From a virus, in IMG/VR virus record IMGVR_UViG_3300032287_001394: DNA of 64,000 bases. One strand, written 5' to 3'. Shown here one piece after another: positions 1 to 9,357 of this stretch. The notes beneath the pieces were generated by a model that worked only from the letters and a program-made list of their open reading frames with translations, was not told where the DNA came from and did not search any database. Position 1 is the first letter of the stretch. Every line of letters starts with the position of its first letter. The position numbers were made by a program, and so were the translations under genes.

Positions 1-225
1 CTTAACCAACTTATGGTTAAACAACTTAAGAACCGTTATAATGATCCAAGTTATTATAAACGCTTTGTGATTGGTGTTGATAGGTCTAAGATGAAACTAT
101 ATGATGTAGAAGTATCTGCGCAAAATAACATCTCAGATTCTGGTCAAGATGATAAACCTGTATTCGATAAGTCAGACTTTGGTAAGCGGGTCACGGCTGA
201 AGAGTTTACGGGATTTAAGTTTTAA
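1..225 (+). CDS. 41: Replicative DNA helicase gp41, C-terminal part (truncated by window)
   Basis: VKQLKNRYNDP...RFVIGVDRSKMKLYDVE is the characteristic T4-like gp41 C-terminus. Confidence 0.9.
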   Translation, partial: LNQLMVKQLKNRYNDPSYYKRFVIGVDRSKMKLYDVEVSAQNNISDSGQDDKPVFDKSDFGKRVTAEEFTGFKF

Positions 226-226
226 C

Positions 227-250
227 AAAGGGGCTTCGGCTCCTTTTTTT
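227..250 (+). terminator. Rho-independent terminator with UUCG tetraloop
   Basis: aaaggggc-TTCG-gctccttt followed by T-run, directly after the gp41 stop. Confidence 0.9.
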
Positions 251-257
251 ATAAATA
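250..257 (+). promoter_or_regulatory. T4-type late promoter
   Basis: TATAAATA 4 nt before ATG 262. Confidence 0.8.
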
Positions 258-261
258 GACT

Positions 262-1653
262 ATGGCTAAAATATACTATCAAAGCGAAGCAGGATTTTCT
301 AAAATAAATGAAAAAAATGCTGCATTTAAAAAGACTTTCCCTAAATTAAAAGGTTATAATAATCTATATTTAGAGACTGATGATGGTAAATTTAATGGTA
401 CTCCAACACTAAAACTTGTCTCAAAAGAAAAGACAGTTTTTCAAGAAATATATAAGATCTTAGCTAGTAATGCAAATACTAAAGCTGTTGAAAAAGAAAA
501 GTTTAACGTAGCAACATTTACCTCTGCAGCATTTACTATAAAATTATATAAGTCTGGTGGAGGTTTTGCAAATATCATAGATTTTGATGGTAATGCAGTA
601 AACTCTAAGACTCCTACTACAGCACAACAAGAAGATGCTATAAAGTTTATATTAGAAACTGGTTCAAAATATCCTACTAAAGAAACTATTAATAAAGCTA
701 TTAAGTTTGAATTTGATAAGTCATGGCACGAATCTTTTATAAAATCATATAATGCTATTATAACAGTCATACCTAAAACATCACTATCACAATACAACTA
801 TTATAGAGATAGTAATAAAGACAAGATAGAATTTTTAAATAATATTACTGATGCCAAGATCCTTCCAGATAAGAAGGACAATTGGAATCCATCTGATATA
901 TGGTGTGTTAAAAAAACTAAAGAAGTTGCATTAAATAAAGAAGCTAATACGCTATATAAATCTATCATATCTAATAAGTCGACAGTAGAAGATCTAAATG
1001 GATTCATATCAACTAAGTTTAAAGATAAGTCTTTAATAGGTATATCTTTAAAAAAGGTTGATGGTAAAACGGCTACTATCACTAAGATAGAAACTGATAC
1101 CAAAATGTCAGATAATTTAACTTATACTGGAATCACAGATAAGTTTGAGTACTTAACTATAAACAGTTACTTTGACTTTCTTTTAGATTTTACTTTCTAT
1201 AAAGAAGTCATAAACTATAGGTTTAGATTTAGACCGAGAGCAAAGTCTGGACAATTAAAAACATATGGAGAAGGACAACCCCAGACTGCAAAAGTATTTG
1301 ATGGTGCTATATCAGCAAACTTAATCAATGAATTATTTCCGAATATAACTGGTTGGATATCATATTGTGAAACTACTATTCCTATAAAAAGTACTGTTAG
1401 GAACACAATTCAAGGTCAGCCATATGATAAGAACTTTGCAGCATTTATTAAATCTCCAAAGTTTAGCTTTGTAAATGTAAGCGGATTAGATGATAAAGAA
1501 CCTGATCCATATAAGATACGTAGAGCGTGTGTATTACTTTACTACATATGGCATCTTGAAACAGTAGCTAATAAGAAGGATGTATTTAAAAAGATGTTTT
1601 TGGCAGCTAAAAAGCTTAATTCTTTCTCATCCATTCATTATAAAGTATATTAA
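262..1653 (+). CDS. Hypothetical protein, possible PD-(D/E)xK nuclease-like fold
   Basis: 463-aa ORF; WNPSDIW...IGISLKK motif pair; very AT-rich. Confidence 0.5.
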   Translation: MAKIYYQSEAGFSKINEKNAAFKKTFPKLKGYNNLYLETDDGKFNGTPTLKLVSKEKTVFQEIYKILASNANTKAVEKEKFNVATFTSAAFTIKLYKSGGGFANIIDFDGNAVNSKTPTTAQQEDAIKFILETGSKYPTKETINKAIKFEFDKSWHESFIKSYNAIITVIPKTSLSQYNYYRDSNKDKIEFLNNITDAKILPDKKDNWNPSDIWCVKKTKEVALNKEANTLYKSIISNKSTVEDLNGFISTKFKDKSLIGISLKKVDGKTATITKIETDTKMSDNLTYTGITDKFEYLTINSYFDFLLDFTFYKEVINYRFRFRPRAKSGQLKTYGEGQPQTAKVFDGAISANLINELFPNITGWISYCETTIPIKSTVRNTIQGQPYDKNFAAFIKSPKFSFVNVSGLDDKEPDPYKIRRACVLLYYIWHLETVANKKDVFKKMFLAAKKLNSFSSIHYKVY

Positions 1654-1678
1654 CAATCCATTACAATCCATTACAATC
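1653..1678. repeat. 10-bp tandem repeat (ACAATCCATT x2.6)
   Basis: acaatccatt acaatccatt acaatc in the intergenic region. Confidence 0.9.
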
Positions 1679-1683
1679 TCGTA

Positions 1684-1712
1684 ACACCTTTAATTAGATA
1701 GTATGGTATAAT
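1684..1712 (+). promoter_or_regulatory. Sigma70-type promoter, degenerate -35
   Basis: acacct-TTAATT...TGG-TATAAT, same spacing as the promoter family elsewhere. Confidence 0.55.
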
Positions 1713-1729
1713 AAGAATATAGAGAATTT

Positions 1730-2338
1730 ATGCTCAAATTTAAAGAATACATAACAGAACAAAAAGAAGGCTACCTAAGCATATTTGACATAGATGACAC
1801 CTTATTCCATACGACTGCCCAAATCATAATCCGTAAGTCTGGTAAGGTTTTAAAGAAGCTGTCTTCAGCTGACTTTAACCATTATAAATTAGATCCTGGA
1901 GAGTCTGCAGACTTCTCAGAGTTTGAGGATGCAGAGAAGTTCAATAAAGAATCAACACCTATCACAAAGATGTTTAATAAGGCTAAGGCACTCCTTGCTG
2001 ATACCCACAAGCATCCAAACAATAAAGTCATCATAGTCACAGCAAGACCTGACTCAGATGATAAGAACAAATTCCTAGCCACCTTCCGTAAGTACGGCTT
2101 CCCAATCGATAATGTAAGGGTAGAAAGGGCTGGCAAGATATCAGCACTATCTGCTCCGCAATCAAAAGCAATCATCATCCACAACTATCTACAAACCAAA
2201 CAATTTAATAAAGTAAGGCTGTTCGATGATAGTATAAATAACCTAAAGGAGTTTCTCAAGTTAGAGAAACATTTTCCAGATGTTAAGTTTACAGCTTGGC
2301 ATGCACATATAGATGGGTCAGTGAGACAAGTAAAATGA
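1730..2338 (+). CDS. HAD-superfamily phosphatase with capsid-targeting-like N-terminus
   Basis: FDIDDTL motif I, VTAR motif II, FDDS motif IV; N-terminus MLKFKEYITE. Confidence 0.8.
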   Translation: MLKFKEYITEQKEGYLSIFDIDDTLFHTTAQIIIRKSGKVLKKLSSADFNHYKLDPGESADFSEFEDAEKFNKESTPITKMFNKAKALLADTHKHPNNKVIIVTARPDSDDKNKFLATFRKYGFPIDNVRVERAGKISALSAPQSKAIIIHNYLQTKQFNKVRLFDDSINNLKEFLKLEKHFPDVKFTAWHAHIDGSVRQVK

Positions 2339-3522
2339 TAGAATTTAAGCAATTCATAACAGAAGCCAAAGATGATGGCAAAGTAAAGCATATCCACCAT
2401 CCAGAGGATAGACCATTAATCGATGGTAAGAAGGGTTTTGAACATGCTATGGGTGTCTTACATCAAGCTTCTGAACATGTAGCTAAAGGTAAGAACGATT
2501 CAAGCATGACGATGAAGTACGACGGCTCTCCAGCTATTGTATTCGGTCATGACCCAAAGACAAAGAAGTTCTTTGTAGCTTCTAAGTCTGCATTCAATAA
2601 GAACCCAAAGATCAACTATACTCCTGAAGACATCGAACGAAACCATGGCCATGCGCCAGGTCTTGTAGAGAAGCTTAAGGATGCATTAGCACACTTACCT
2701 AAGATAGCACCTAAAGAAGGTGTATTCCAAGGCGACCTAATGTTTAGTGGTAAAGATGTAAGGCATAACCCAAACGGATCAGCATCATTCACACCTAATA
2801 CCATCACATACTCTGCACATGGTACAGAAGCACATGCGGTCAAGAAAGCTAAACTTGGCGTGGTAGTCCATACTCAATATAATGGTAGAAACCTGGCAGA
2901 CATGAAAGCTTCACCACAATTAACACATAAGTTTAAGACACATACTGATGTATGGAATAAACCTGCAACACATAATTCTAGTATAACAAACTATTCACCA
3001 GCTGACCAACTTAAGTTTAAAAAACATATGGAAGCTGCACAAAAGATCCATACAGAAGGTGGTAAACAGATGTATACTGCTACTGAACAGCATCATGGCG
3101 AAGGTGGTCATCTAGCTACTTACATCAATCAAACTGTTCGTAACGTAGCAAAGCCTACGGCCCAAGGATTACAACAACACATCATGGATAAGTCTCAGAT
3201 CGTTCAATCAAGACTTAAGACTGCAGCAAAAGCACAAGAGAAACAACAGTCAGCACAAGCAGAAGTCAACTATATCCAAAAGAACCGAGAACACTATGAC
3301 AACCTATTAAAGATGCATCAACACCTTGCTGCAGCAAAGAACGTATTAGTCAGTACACTTAACCAACATCCTGGTACCCTTAGTCATCATATCGATGGTA
3401 AAGAGACACATCCAGAAGGTTACGTGGTGACACATAAGAATGAACCTACAAAGTTAGTAAACAGAGCAGAGTTCAGCAGAGCAAACCTAATGAAAGTGAG
3501 GAAACCAAATGTTAACGTTTAA
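2335..3522 (+). CDS. Conserved T4-like protein with ligase-like nucleotidyltransferase motifs
   Basis: Start re-set to ATG 2335 (ATGA overlap); KYDG, FQGDL, EGYVV and KLV motifs in order; N-terminus MIEFKQFITE. Confidence 0.6.
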   Translation: MIEFKQFITEAKDDGKVKHIHHPEDRPLIDGKKGFEHAMGVLHQASEHVAKGKNDSSMTMKYDGSPAIVFGHDPKTKKFFVASKSAFNKNPKINYTPEDIERNHGHAPGLVEKLKDALAHLPKIAPKEGVFQGDLMFSGKDVRHNPNGSASFTPNTITYSAHGTEAHAVKKAKLGVVVHTQYNGRNLADMKASPQLTHKFKTHTDVWNKPATHNSSITNYSPADQLKFKKHMEAAQKIHTEGGKQMYTATEQHHGEGGHLATYINQTVRNVAKPTAQGLQQHIMDKSQIVQSRLKTAAKAQEKQQSAQAEVNYIQKNREHYDNLLKMHQHLAAAKNVLVSTLNQHPGTLSHHIDGKETHPEGYVVTHKNEPTKLVNRAEFSRANLMKVRKPNVNV

Positions 3523-3784
3523 AGAATACTTAGAAGAAGACAAATATAAATCAGAGACTGGTGGATTGACTCGTGCTGGTGTAGATAAGTATAATAGAGA
3601 AAATCCAGGAAGTAACTTGAAGATGGCTGTGACGACTCCTCCATCAAAGTTAGACCCTAAAGGTAAAGCCGCAGGAAGACGTAAATCGTTCTGTGCTCGT
3701 ATGGGCGGAGTTAAAGGTCCTATGAAAGACGAAAACGGTAAACCAACAAGGAAAGCATTAGCATTAAGGAAATGGAATTGTTAA
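3509..3784 (+). CDS. Small basic conserved phage protein
   Basis: RRKSFCARM...ALRKWNC motif; N-terminus MLTFKEYLEE. Confidence 0.7.
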   Translation: MLTFKEYLEEDKYKSETGGLTRAGVDKYNRENPGSNLKMAVTTPPSKLDPKGKAAGRRKSFCARMGGVKGPMKDENGKPTRKALALRKWNC

Positions 3785-4386
3785 ACTTTAAAGACTTCAT
3801 TACAGAGGACAAAGACCCACAACACCACCACGTGTTGGCTTTTGGTCGTATGAACCCTCCAACTTCTGGCCATATGGCAGTAATTAACAAAGTTCATGAT
3901 GTGGCTAAGAAGCAAGGCGCAGAACACACTGTCGTGACTTCACACAGCCATGATCCTAAGAAAAACCCATTGTCTCCTCAACAAAAGAAGAAACACCTTA
4001 AACGATTTGCACCAGGTACAAACTTTGAGTCATCATCTGCAGAACATCCAACTATCCTACATCACGCAGCAGAACTACATAAGAAAGGTGTCACACACCT
4101 ACATGTAGTAGTAGGATCAGATCGTAAGAAAGAGATGACATCCTTATTAAATAGGTATAATAATAAGAAGTCTAGTCATGGTCACTATAACTTTAAGAAG
4201 ATAACTGTACACTCTGCAGGTCAAAGAGATCCTGATTCAGAGGGTGCAAGTGGAGTATCAGGTACTAAACAAAGAGAGCATGCCCGTACTGGTAACTATG
4301 CGGCGTTCCGCAAGGGCGTACCAGAACATGTATCGCATGCACACGCTAAAGAATTGATGCACGACGTACAACATGGAAGCAAATAG
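3772..4386 (+). CDS. Cytidylyltransferase-like (HxGH-class) nucleotidyltransferase
   Basis: FGRMNPPTSGH, VVGSDR, SAGQRDPD, SGTK motifs. Confidence 0.8.
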   Translation: MELLNFKDFITEDKDPQHHHVLAFGRMNPPTSGHMAVINKVHDVAKKQGAEHTVVTSHSHDPKKNPLSPQQKKKHLKRFAPGTNFESSSAEHPTILHHAAELHKKGVTHLHVVVGSDRKKEMTSLLNRYNNKKSSHGHYNFKKITVHSAGQRDPDSEGASGVSGTKQREHARTGNYAAFRKGVPEHVSHAHAKELMHDVQHGSK

Positions 4387-7300
4387 TGACAGACTTAAAT
4401 GAATTATTCAAGGTCATAGCAGAAGGTAAAAAACAGTACGAAGAGACTGATCCTATAGGCCAACAAATCAAGCAAGCTAAAGAGCATGTTAAGGAAGACT
4501 TAAGCTCACTATTTGCACAGTTATCAACCCTCAAAGAAGACCTAGAAAAAGAATTAGTAGTAGAAGAAGCCAAGTTAGTAAGCCTTATCGATTCAGATTC
4601 AATCAAGCGTGATGCTAAAAACATCGTTAATGAAGTATTTGGTCAGATTCAAAAACCAATTATCACTGAAGAAATCCCTGCTCAGCCAGTTATCCATACA
4701 CCAGAAGTCAGAGCAAAACAAGTCGATGCAGATGTTGACAAGTATCTGACAGACAAATCATTCCAACAACCAAATCCCGATCTAGTAACTAAAAACATTG
4801 ATGACATCCGTAATAAGATTAAGTTCTTAGAGCAAGCCATTGGTCGTGTTGCTGCTGCCGGTCCAGGTGGCGGTGAAGTTAACCTCAGATATTTAGATGA
4901 CGTAGATCGTTCAACTATTACAGATGGTTGGTACTTAAGATACAATGCAACTAAGAAAAAATTCGAATTTGCAGAAGTAATATCAAGCGGTGGTAACGGA
5001 GCTACTGGTCCTGCTGGTGCAACTGGTCCAGGTGGAGGAGATACTGGAGCTACTGGCATTACAGGTTCAAGTGGAGCACAAGGAGCTTCAGGATTAAATG
5101 GTTCTACAGGTCCCACAGGAGCTAATGGAGTAAGTGGAGCATCCGGTACTAACGGTGCAACTGGTATTCAAGGAGCTTCAGGTACACAAGGATCTACAGG
5201 AGTTCAAGGTGCAAGTGGAAGTACTGGTTTAACTGGTGCCACAGGATTGACTGGTGCATCTGGCCCATCAGGAGCAAGCGGAGTTAATGGCTCCACAGGA
5301 ATTCAAGGAACTAGCGGTGTTCAAGGTGCTTCAGGTTCAACAGGTATAGACGGAGCTAGTGGAGCAACAGGTTTACAAGGAGCATCTGGTATTAATGGTG
5401 CTACAGGAACAAGTGGAGCTTCAGGAGTTAATGGTTCAACCGGTATTAGTGGTGCAACTGGAATCGACGGAGCATCTGGCATTCAAGGAGCTTCAGGTTC
5501 TACTGGTATTAGTGGAGCATCTGGTGTTGGAGTTCAAGGGGCAAGTGGAAGTACAGGATTAACTGGAGCCACGGGAATACCGGGTGCTTCTGGAATTGGT
5601 GGTGCAACGGGGGCATTGCCAGACTTGCCAACAGGCGAACCAATGGGTCATACTGATAGAACACAATCAATTATATCTTTTGATGATGCATCCCGAACAT
5701 TTAGTATATCACCAGTTGCCGCTTCATTTGAAATATGGACAAGAGGTGTTAAAAGAACTATCACTGATACTCGACAAGTAACTATTCCAGACACTACTGG
5801 ATTATATTATATCTATTTTGATCCAGATGGAATTTTGCAATATAGAACAACATTCTTTGATTGGCCAAATGATTGCGTAACAGCATATGTTTATTGGAAT
5901 GATGTAACAAATGATGCTCCATTTGTAGCAGATGAAAGACATGGTATTGTTTTAGATTGGCAAACACATGAGTATCTACATAGAACTCGTGGAGCAGCAA
6001 TTGCAAATGGATTTGATGCTACAAACTATATTGTAAATGGGGATGGATCTTTAGATTCACATATGCAAATTGATATTGCATCTGGTACTTTCTTTGATGA
6101 AGATCTACAAGTAGATATTGTTAATACAAATACTCCAGTAGCTAATACGTGGGATCAAGATCTAGCGGGTCCAGCTAGGATACCTATGTTCTATATTAAT
6201 AGTGCTGGCGGTTGGGTTATAGATACTCCAACTAACTTTCCTGTTAAAATGGGTACTTTACCAAAATATAATCTATATTCTGGTGGTGTTTGGACTACTC
6301 CAGATATTGATAACAATAAATTTGGTATTACATTTATTATTGCAACAAATAATATTAACTATCCAGTTATAGGAATCATAGGCCAAAATTCACATGCAAA
6401 TCAAGGAGATGCTGAAGCAGTTGACTTTTCAGAACTAAATCTTGCCGGATTTCCAGTTGTTGAGATGAGACCTCTTTATAAATTAGTATATGAATGTAAA
6501 GCTAGTTACACAAATTCTGTTAATGCACGTTTAAAATCTATATGGGATCAAAGAAGTTTTGAAAGTACAGTTTCAGCTATAGCAACATATACTGATCATG
6601 GAGCTTTAGGTGGTTTATCTGATGACGATCACCCACAATATCTACTAAGAACTGATGCTGTTTCATTTGTAGGTGCGACAGGTGCTACTGGTATTCAAGG
6701 CGCATCAGGTTCTACAGGATTAACTGGGGCTACAGGAATAAGTGGTGCTTCAGGAATAAGTGGTGCTTCAGGAATAAGTGGCTCGGCTTCTACTTTAACA
6801 GGAACATCTCTTGCGACTGGAATTGTATCATCAAGTTTAACATCAGTTGGTACATTAACTAATTTGTCAGTCACAAACACTATTACTGGATCAGTGAGTG
6901 GCAATGCTGGTACTGTAACCAACGGAGTTTACACAAATAGTATAGGTGCTGTCACGGACATAATGTTAGCCGGGTCGATTGCTAACAACAAACTAACCAA
7001 TAGTTCAATAACTGTAAATGGAACAGATATTAGTTTAGGATCAAGTGCTACTATCCTAGCCGCTAATCCAAACGCCTTAACTATTGGCACTGGATTAAGT
7101 GGTACAAATTATACCGGCGCTTCAGCAGTCACAATCGCATTGGCTTCGGGTTATGGTGATACACAGAACCCTTATGCCAGTAAGACAGCCAACTATTTCC
7201 TAGCCGCACCAAACGGATCTAATGGGGTTCCAACATTCCGTGCTATTGTAGCCGCTGACATACTGGGTACACTAAATCAAAATACCACAGGCTCAGCGGC

Positions 7301-8696
7301 AACACTGACCACAGCACGAAACATCAATGGTGTCGGCTTTAATGGCAGTGCAGACATTAACATACCTACATTAACAGATGGTACCAACTCAATAAAGATC
7401 ACAGCAGTGCCAGCAGCACTAACTGGTGCTACCGGTGATGTTGTGGGTAGTGTGGCATTTGACAGCACCTACATTTATTATTGTTTCCAAGCATTCACAG
7501 GTACAAGCTATTCCTTGACAGTAATATCAGGCCTCGGTGAATTCTCAGAGCGTGTTAATGCCGGTTCTTCCGAACTTCGGACTGCAATAGTTGCAGCCTT
7601 TGCCGCTACACCTGCAGGATGGTCATATGGCGGATATCCTGTAAACAATATCACGGCCGCTTCCGGTTCCTCTATCAATATCTTTAGGGATTATGGTTCG
7701 CCAATCTCCAACGGCAACTCTTACACATTAATACAACCGCCAGCAACCGCCAACTGGAAAGCAACTCCTTGGGGGGCTATAACAAGTGCGGCAGCAGGAT
7801 CTTTGACTGGAAATACATTAGCCAGCGGTGTAACAGCAAGCAGTCTAACCAGTTTTGGTGCTACGCCAGCAATGACCAGTCCAGCAATTACCACAAGTCT
7901 AACAACACCAAGCACAAGTTTTGATTTAATCAATACTACTGCTACAACTGTAAACTTTGCTGGTGCCGCTACCACTTTAGGTGTTGGAGCAGGTACAGGC
8001 ACAACTACTATCAACAATAACCTGTCAATGGCCAGTGGCAGGACCATAGGCACAACTGCCACTGTCACAAGTAATCACGCAACGGCATTCAGTGCAGGCG
8101 ACAGTGCTATCAGCAATGTGGCATTGTCTGTGCCCAGAAATGCTGCCATTCGTGATCGTACCAACGGAGCCAGTGTAATATACTTTGATGTTAGCAATGG
8201 TGGAACCACTAACGGAGAATTCCAGTTCCGTAGTAGCAGTGCGTTTACCAATGTATTGACCATGAACACCACTGCGTTTAATGTTAATACCAATGCCGTT
8301 GTTACAGCAAGAACACCTAGCCTAGCAAGAACAGCATTCAATGCCGCAATGGGCACTGAACTTACTGTGGATAATATGCGTTTCCGCATAACAAATTCTG
8401 GGCTTGCTGGCATATTTCCCCAGGTTATTGGCAACGGTTCAGCGAGGAATCTTGCCTGGACAGTGGTGGCTGCAAGATCAGGCAGTGCAGTAACACAAGC
8501 AGGCAGCACTGGAACAATCGTAGCGGATAATGCCTGGACTACTTTATACAGTCTTGGCGGTATGGATAGTGCTGGCGACACTTTTACAGCTACCTTACAG
8601 GATAAAGCAGAAAGTCGTATCTATCGTGTTACATTTATGCGCAGTGATGATGGCAACACAACAGGTTATAATATTATAGCCGAAAGATTGTTGTAA
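4386..8696 (+). CDS. Collagen-repeat fibre / virion appendage protein
   Basis: 1436 aa; GGGEVNLRYLDDVD; long G-X-Y (GAT/GAS) tract; S/T/G-rich fibre-like C-terminal half. Confidence 0.75.
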   Translation: MTDLNELFKVIAEGKKQYEETDPIGQQIKQAKEHVKEDLSSLFAQLSTLKEDLEKELVVEEAKLVSLIDSDSIKRDAKNIVNEVFGQIQKPIITEEIPAQPVIHTPEVRAKQVDADVDKYLTDKSFQQPNPDLVTKNIDDIRNKIKFLEQAIGRVAAAGPGGGEVNLRYLDDVDRSTITDGWYLRYNATKKKFEFAEVISSGGNGATGPAGATGPGGGDTGATGITGSSGAQGASGLNGSTGPTGANGVSGASGTNGATGIQGASGTQGSTGVQGASGSTGLTGATGLTGASGPSGASGVNGSTGIQGTSGVQGASGSTGIDGASGATGLQGASGINGATGTSGASGVNGSTGISGATGIDGASGIQGASGSTGISGASGVGVQGASGSTGLTGATGIPGASGIGGATGALPDLPTGEPMGHTDRTQSIISFDDASRTFSISPVAASFEIWTRGVKRTITDTRQVTIPDTTGLYYIYFDPDGILQYRTTFFDWPNDCVTAYVYWNDVTNDAPFVADERHGIVLDWQTHEYLHRTRGAAIANGFDATNYIVNGDGSLDSHMQIDIASGTFFDEDLQVDIVNTNTPVANTWDQDLAGPARIPMFYINSAGGWVIDTPTNFPVKMGTLPKYNLYSGGVWTTPDIDNNKFGITFIIATNNINYPVIGIIGQNSHANQGDAEAVDFSELNLAGFPVVEMRPLYKLVYECKASYTNSVNARLKSIWDQRSFESTVSAIATYTDHGALGGLSDDDHPQYLLRTDAVSFVGATGATGIQGASGSTGLTGATGISGASGISGASGISGSASTLTGTSLATGIVSSSLTSVGTLTNLSVTNTITGSVSGNAGTVTNGVYTNSIGAVTDIMLAGSIANNKLTNSSITVNGTDISLGSSATILAANPNALTIGTGLSGTNYTGASAVTIALASGYGDTQNPYASKTANYFLAAPNGSNGVPTFRAIVAADILGTLNQNTTGSAATLTTARNINGVGFNGSADINIPTLTDGTNSIKITAVPAALTGATGDVVGSVAFDSTYIYYCFQAFTGTSYSLTVISGLGEFSERVNAGSSELRTAIVAAFAATPAGWSYGGYPVNNITAASGSSINIFRDYGSPISNGNSYTLIQPPATANWKATPWGAITSAAAGSLTGNTLASGVTASSLTSFGATPAMTSPAITTSLTTPSTSFDLINTTATTVNFAGAATTLGVGAGTGTTTINNNLSMASGRTIGTTATVTSNHATAFSAGDSAISNVALSVPRNAAIRDRTNGASVIYFDVSNGGTTNGEFQFRSSSAFTNVLTMNTTAFNVNTNAVVTARTPSLARTAFNAAMGTELTVDNMRFRITNSGLAGIFPQVIGNGSARNLAWTVVAARSGSAVTQAGSTGTIVADNAWTTLYSLGGMDSAGDTFTATLQDKAESRIYRVTFMRSDDGNTTGYNIIAERLL
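4990..5615 (+). repeat. Collagen-like G-X-Y coding repeat
   Basis: Roughly 200 codons of GAT/GAS/GxQ triplets; a second short tract near 6670-6785 includes a near-triple caggaataagtggtgctt. Confidence 0.9.
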
Positions 8697-8731
8697 ATAG
8701 AATTATCAATAACTAAATTTTGTGAGAAAAT

Positions 8732-9082
8732 ATGAAAAAACTAACATTTATAGCAGTATTACTTTTAACTAGTTGTAGCTTCATCATGCCAGTACCGCAT
8801 GATCCAGCAGAAGCGTCAAAGCTTATAGATATTAAACAGAAAATGGAAACTCTAACCTGTGGAGCAACAAAAGACTTCCCAAGGTGGCAGTCCACAGTCG
8901 ACGACCTTAGATGGTTGAACATGTATACAGAGTTTAGAGCAGACCCACAAGCAAAGACAATTGAAGAACTATACATCGCGACTCAAAAGGCGAGGGACGG
9001 ATCAGAAGCATACTGTGAAGCTACCCTTAAACTACAAAAGACTAGAATCCTAGTTATAGAAAAAGCATGGAAAGGACGTTAA
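8732..9082 (+). CDS. Putative lipoprotein
   Basis: MKK + hydrophobic core + LTSC lipobox. Confidence 0.7.
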   Translation: MKKLTFIAVLLLTSCSFIMPVPHDPAEASKLIDIKQKMETLTCGATKDFPRWQSTVDDLRWLNMYTEFRADPQAKTIEELYIATQKARDGSEAYCEATLKLQKTRILVIEKAWKGR

Positions 9083-9083
9083 A

Positions 9084-9320
9084 ATGTCAGTATTAAACGA
9101 ACTAAGAGCAGCAATGACAGAGCCAGGTATCAAAGGTGCATTGGCCCAACAGTTACATGATATCACAGAACAATACAATGATGGCATCCTAAATGGTGAT
9201 GAGTTCAAAGACTTGGTTACCCAGATAGGTGACGTACAAGCTAACGATGATCTTGCAGGAGATGAGATAACTTCAAGATGGGTCGCAAATATTACGAAAG
9301 TGATACTCTCCGCTGTATAA
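9084..9320 (+). CDS. Hypothetical protein
   Basis: 78-aa ORF packed between neighbours. Confidence 0.7.
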   Translation: MSVLNELRAAMTEPGIKGALAQQLHDITEQYNDGILNGDEFKDLVTQIGDVQANDDLAGDEITSRWVANITKVILSAV

Positions 9321-9323
9321 ATA
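9316..9323 (+). promoter_or_regulatory. Late promoter
   Basis: TATAAATA upstream of ATG 9358. Confidence 0.75.
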
Positions 9324-9357
9324 ATAGTAACAGTAATACTTTTATAGATGGATAACA

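Noticed and set aside
1653-1678. Tandem repeat as possible CRISPR or iteron array
   Set aside because: Only 2.6 copies of 10 bp with no spacers; more likely slippage
4386-8696. Diversity-generating retroelement target
   Set aside because: No reverse transcriptase and no adenine-variant template/variable repeat pair seen in the window
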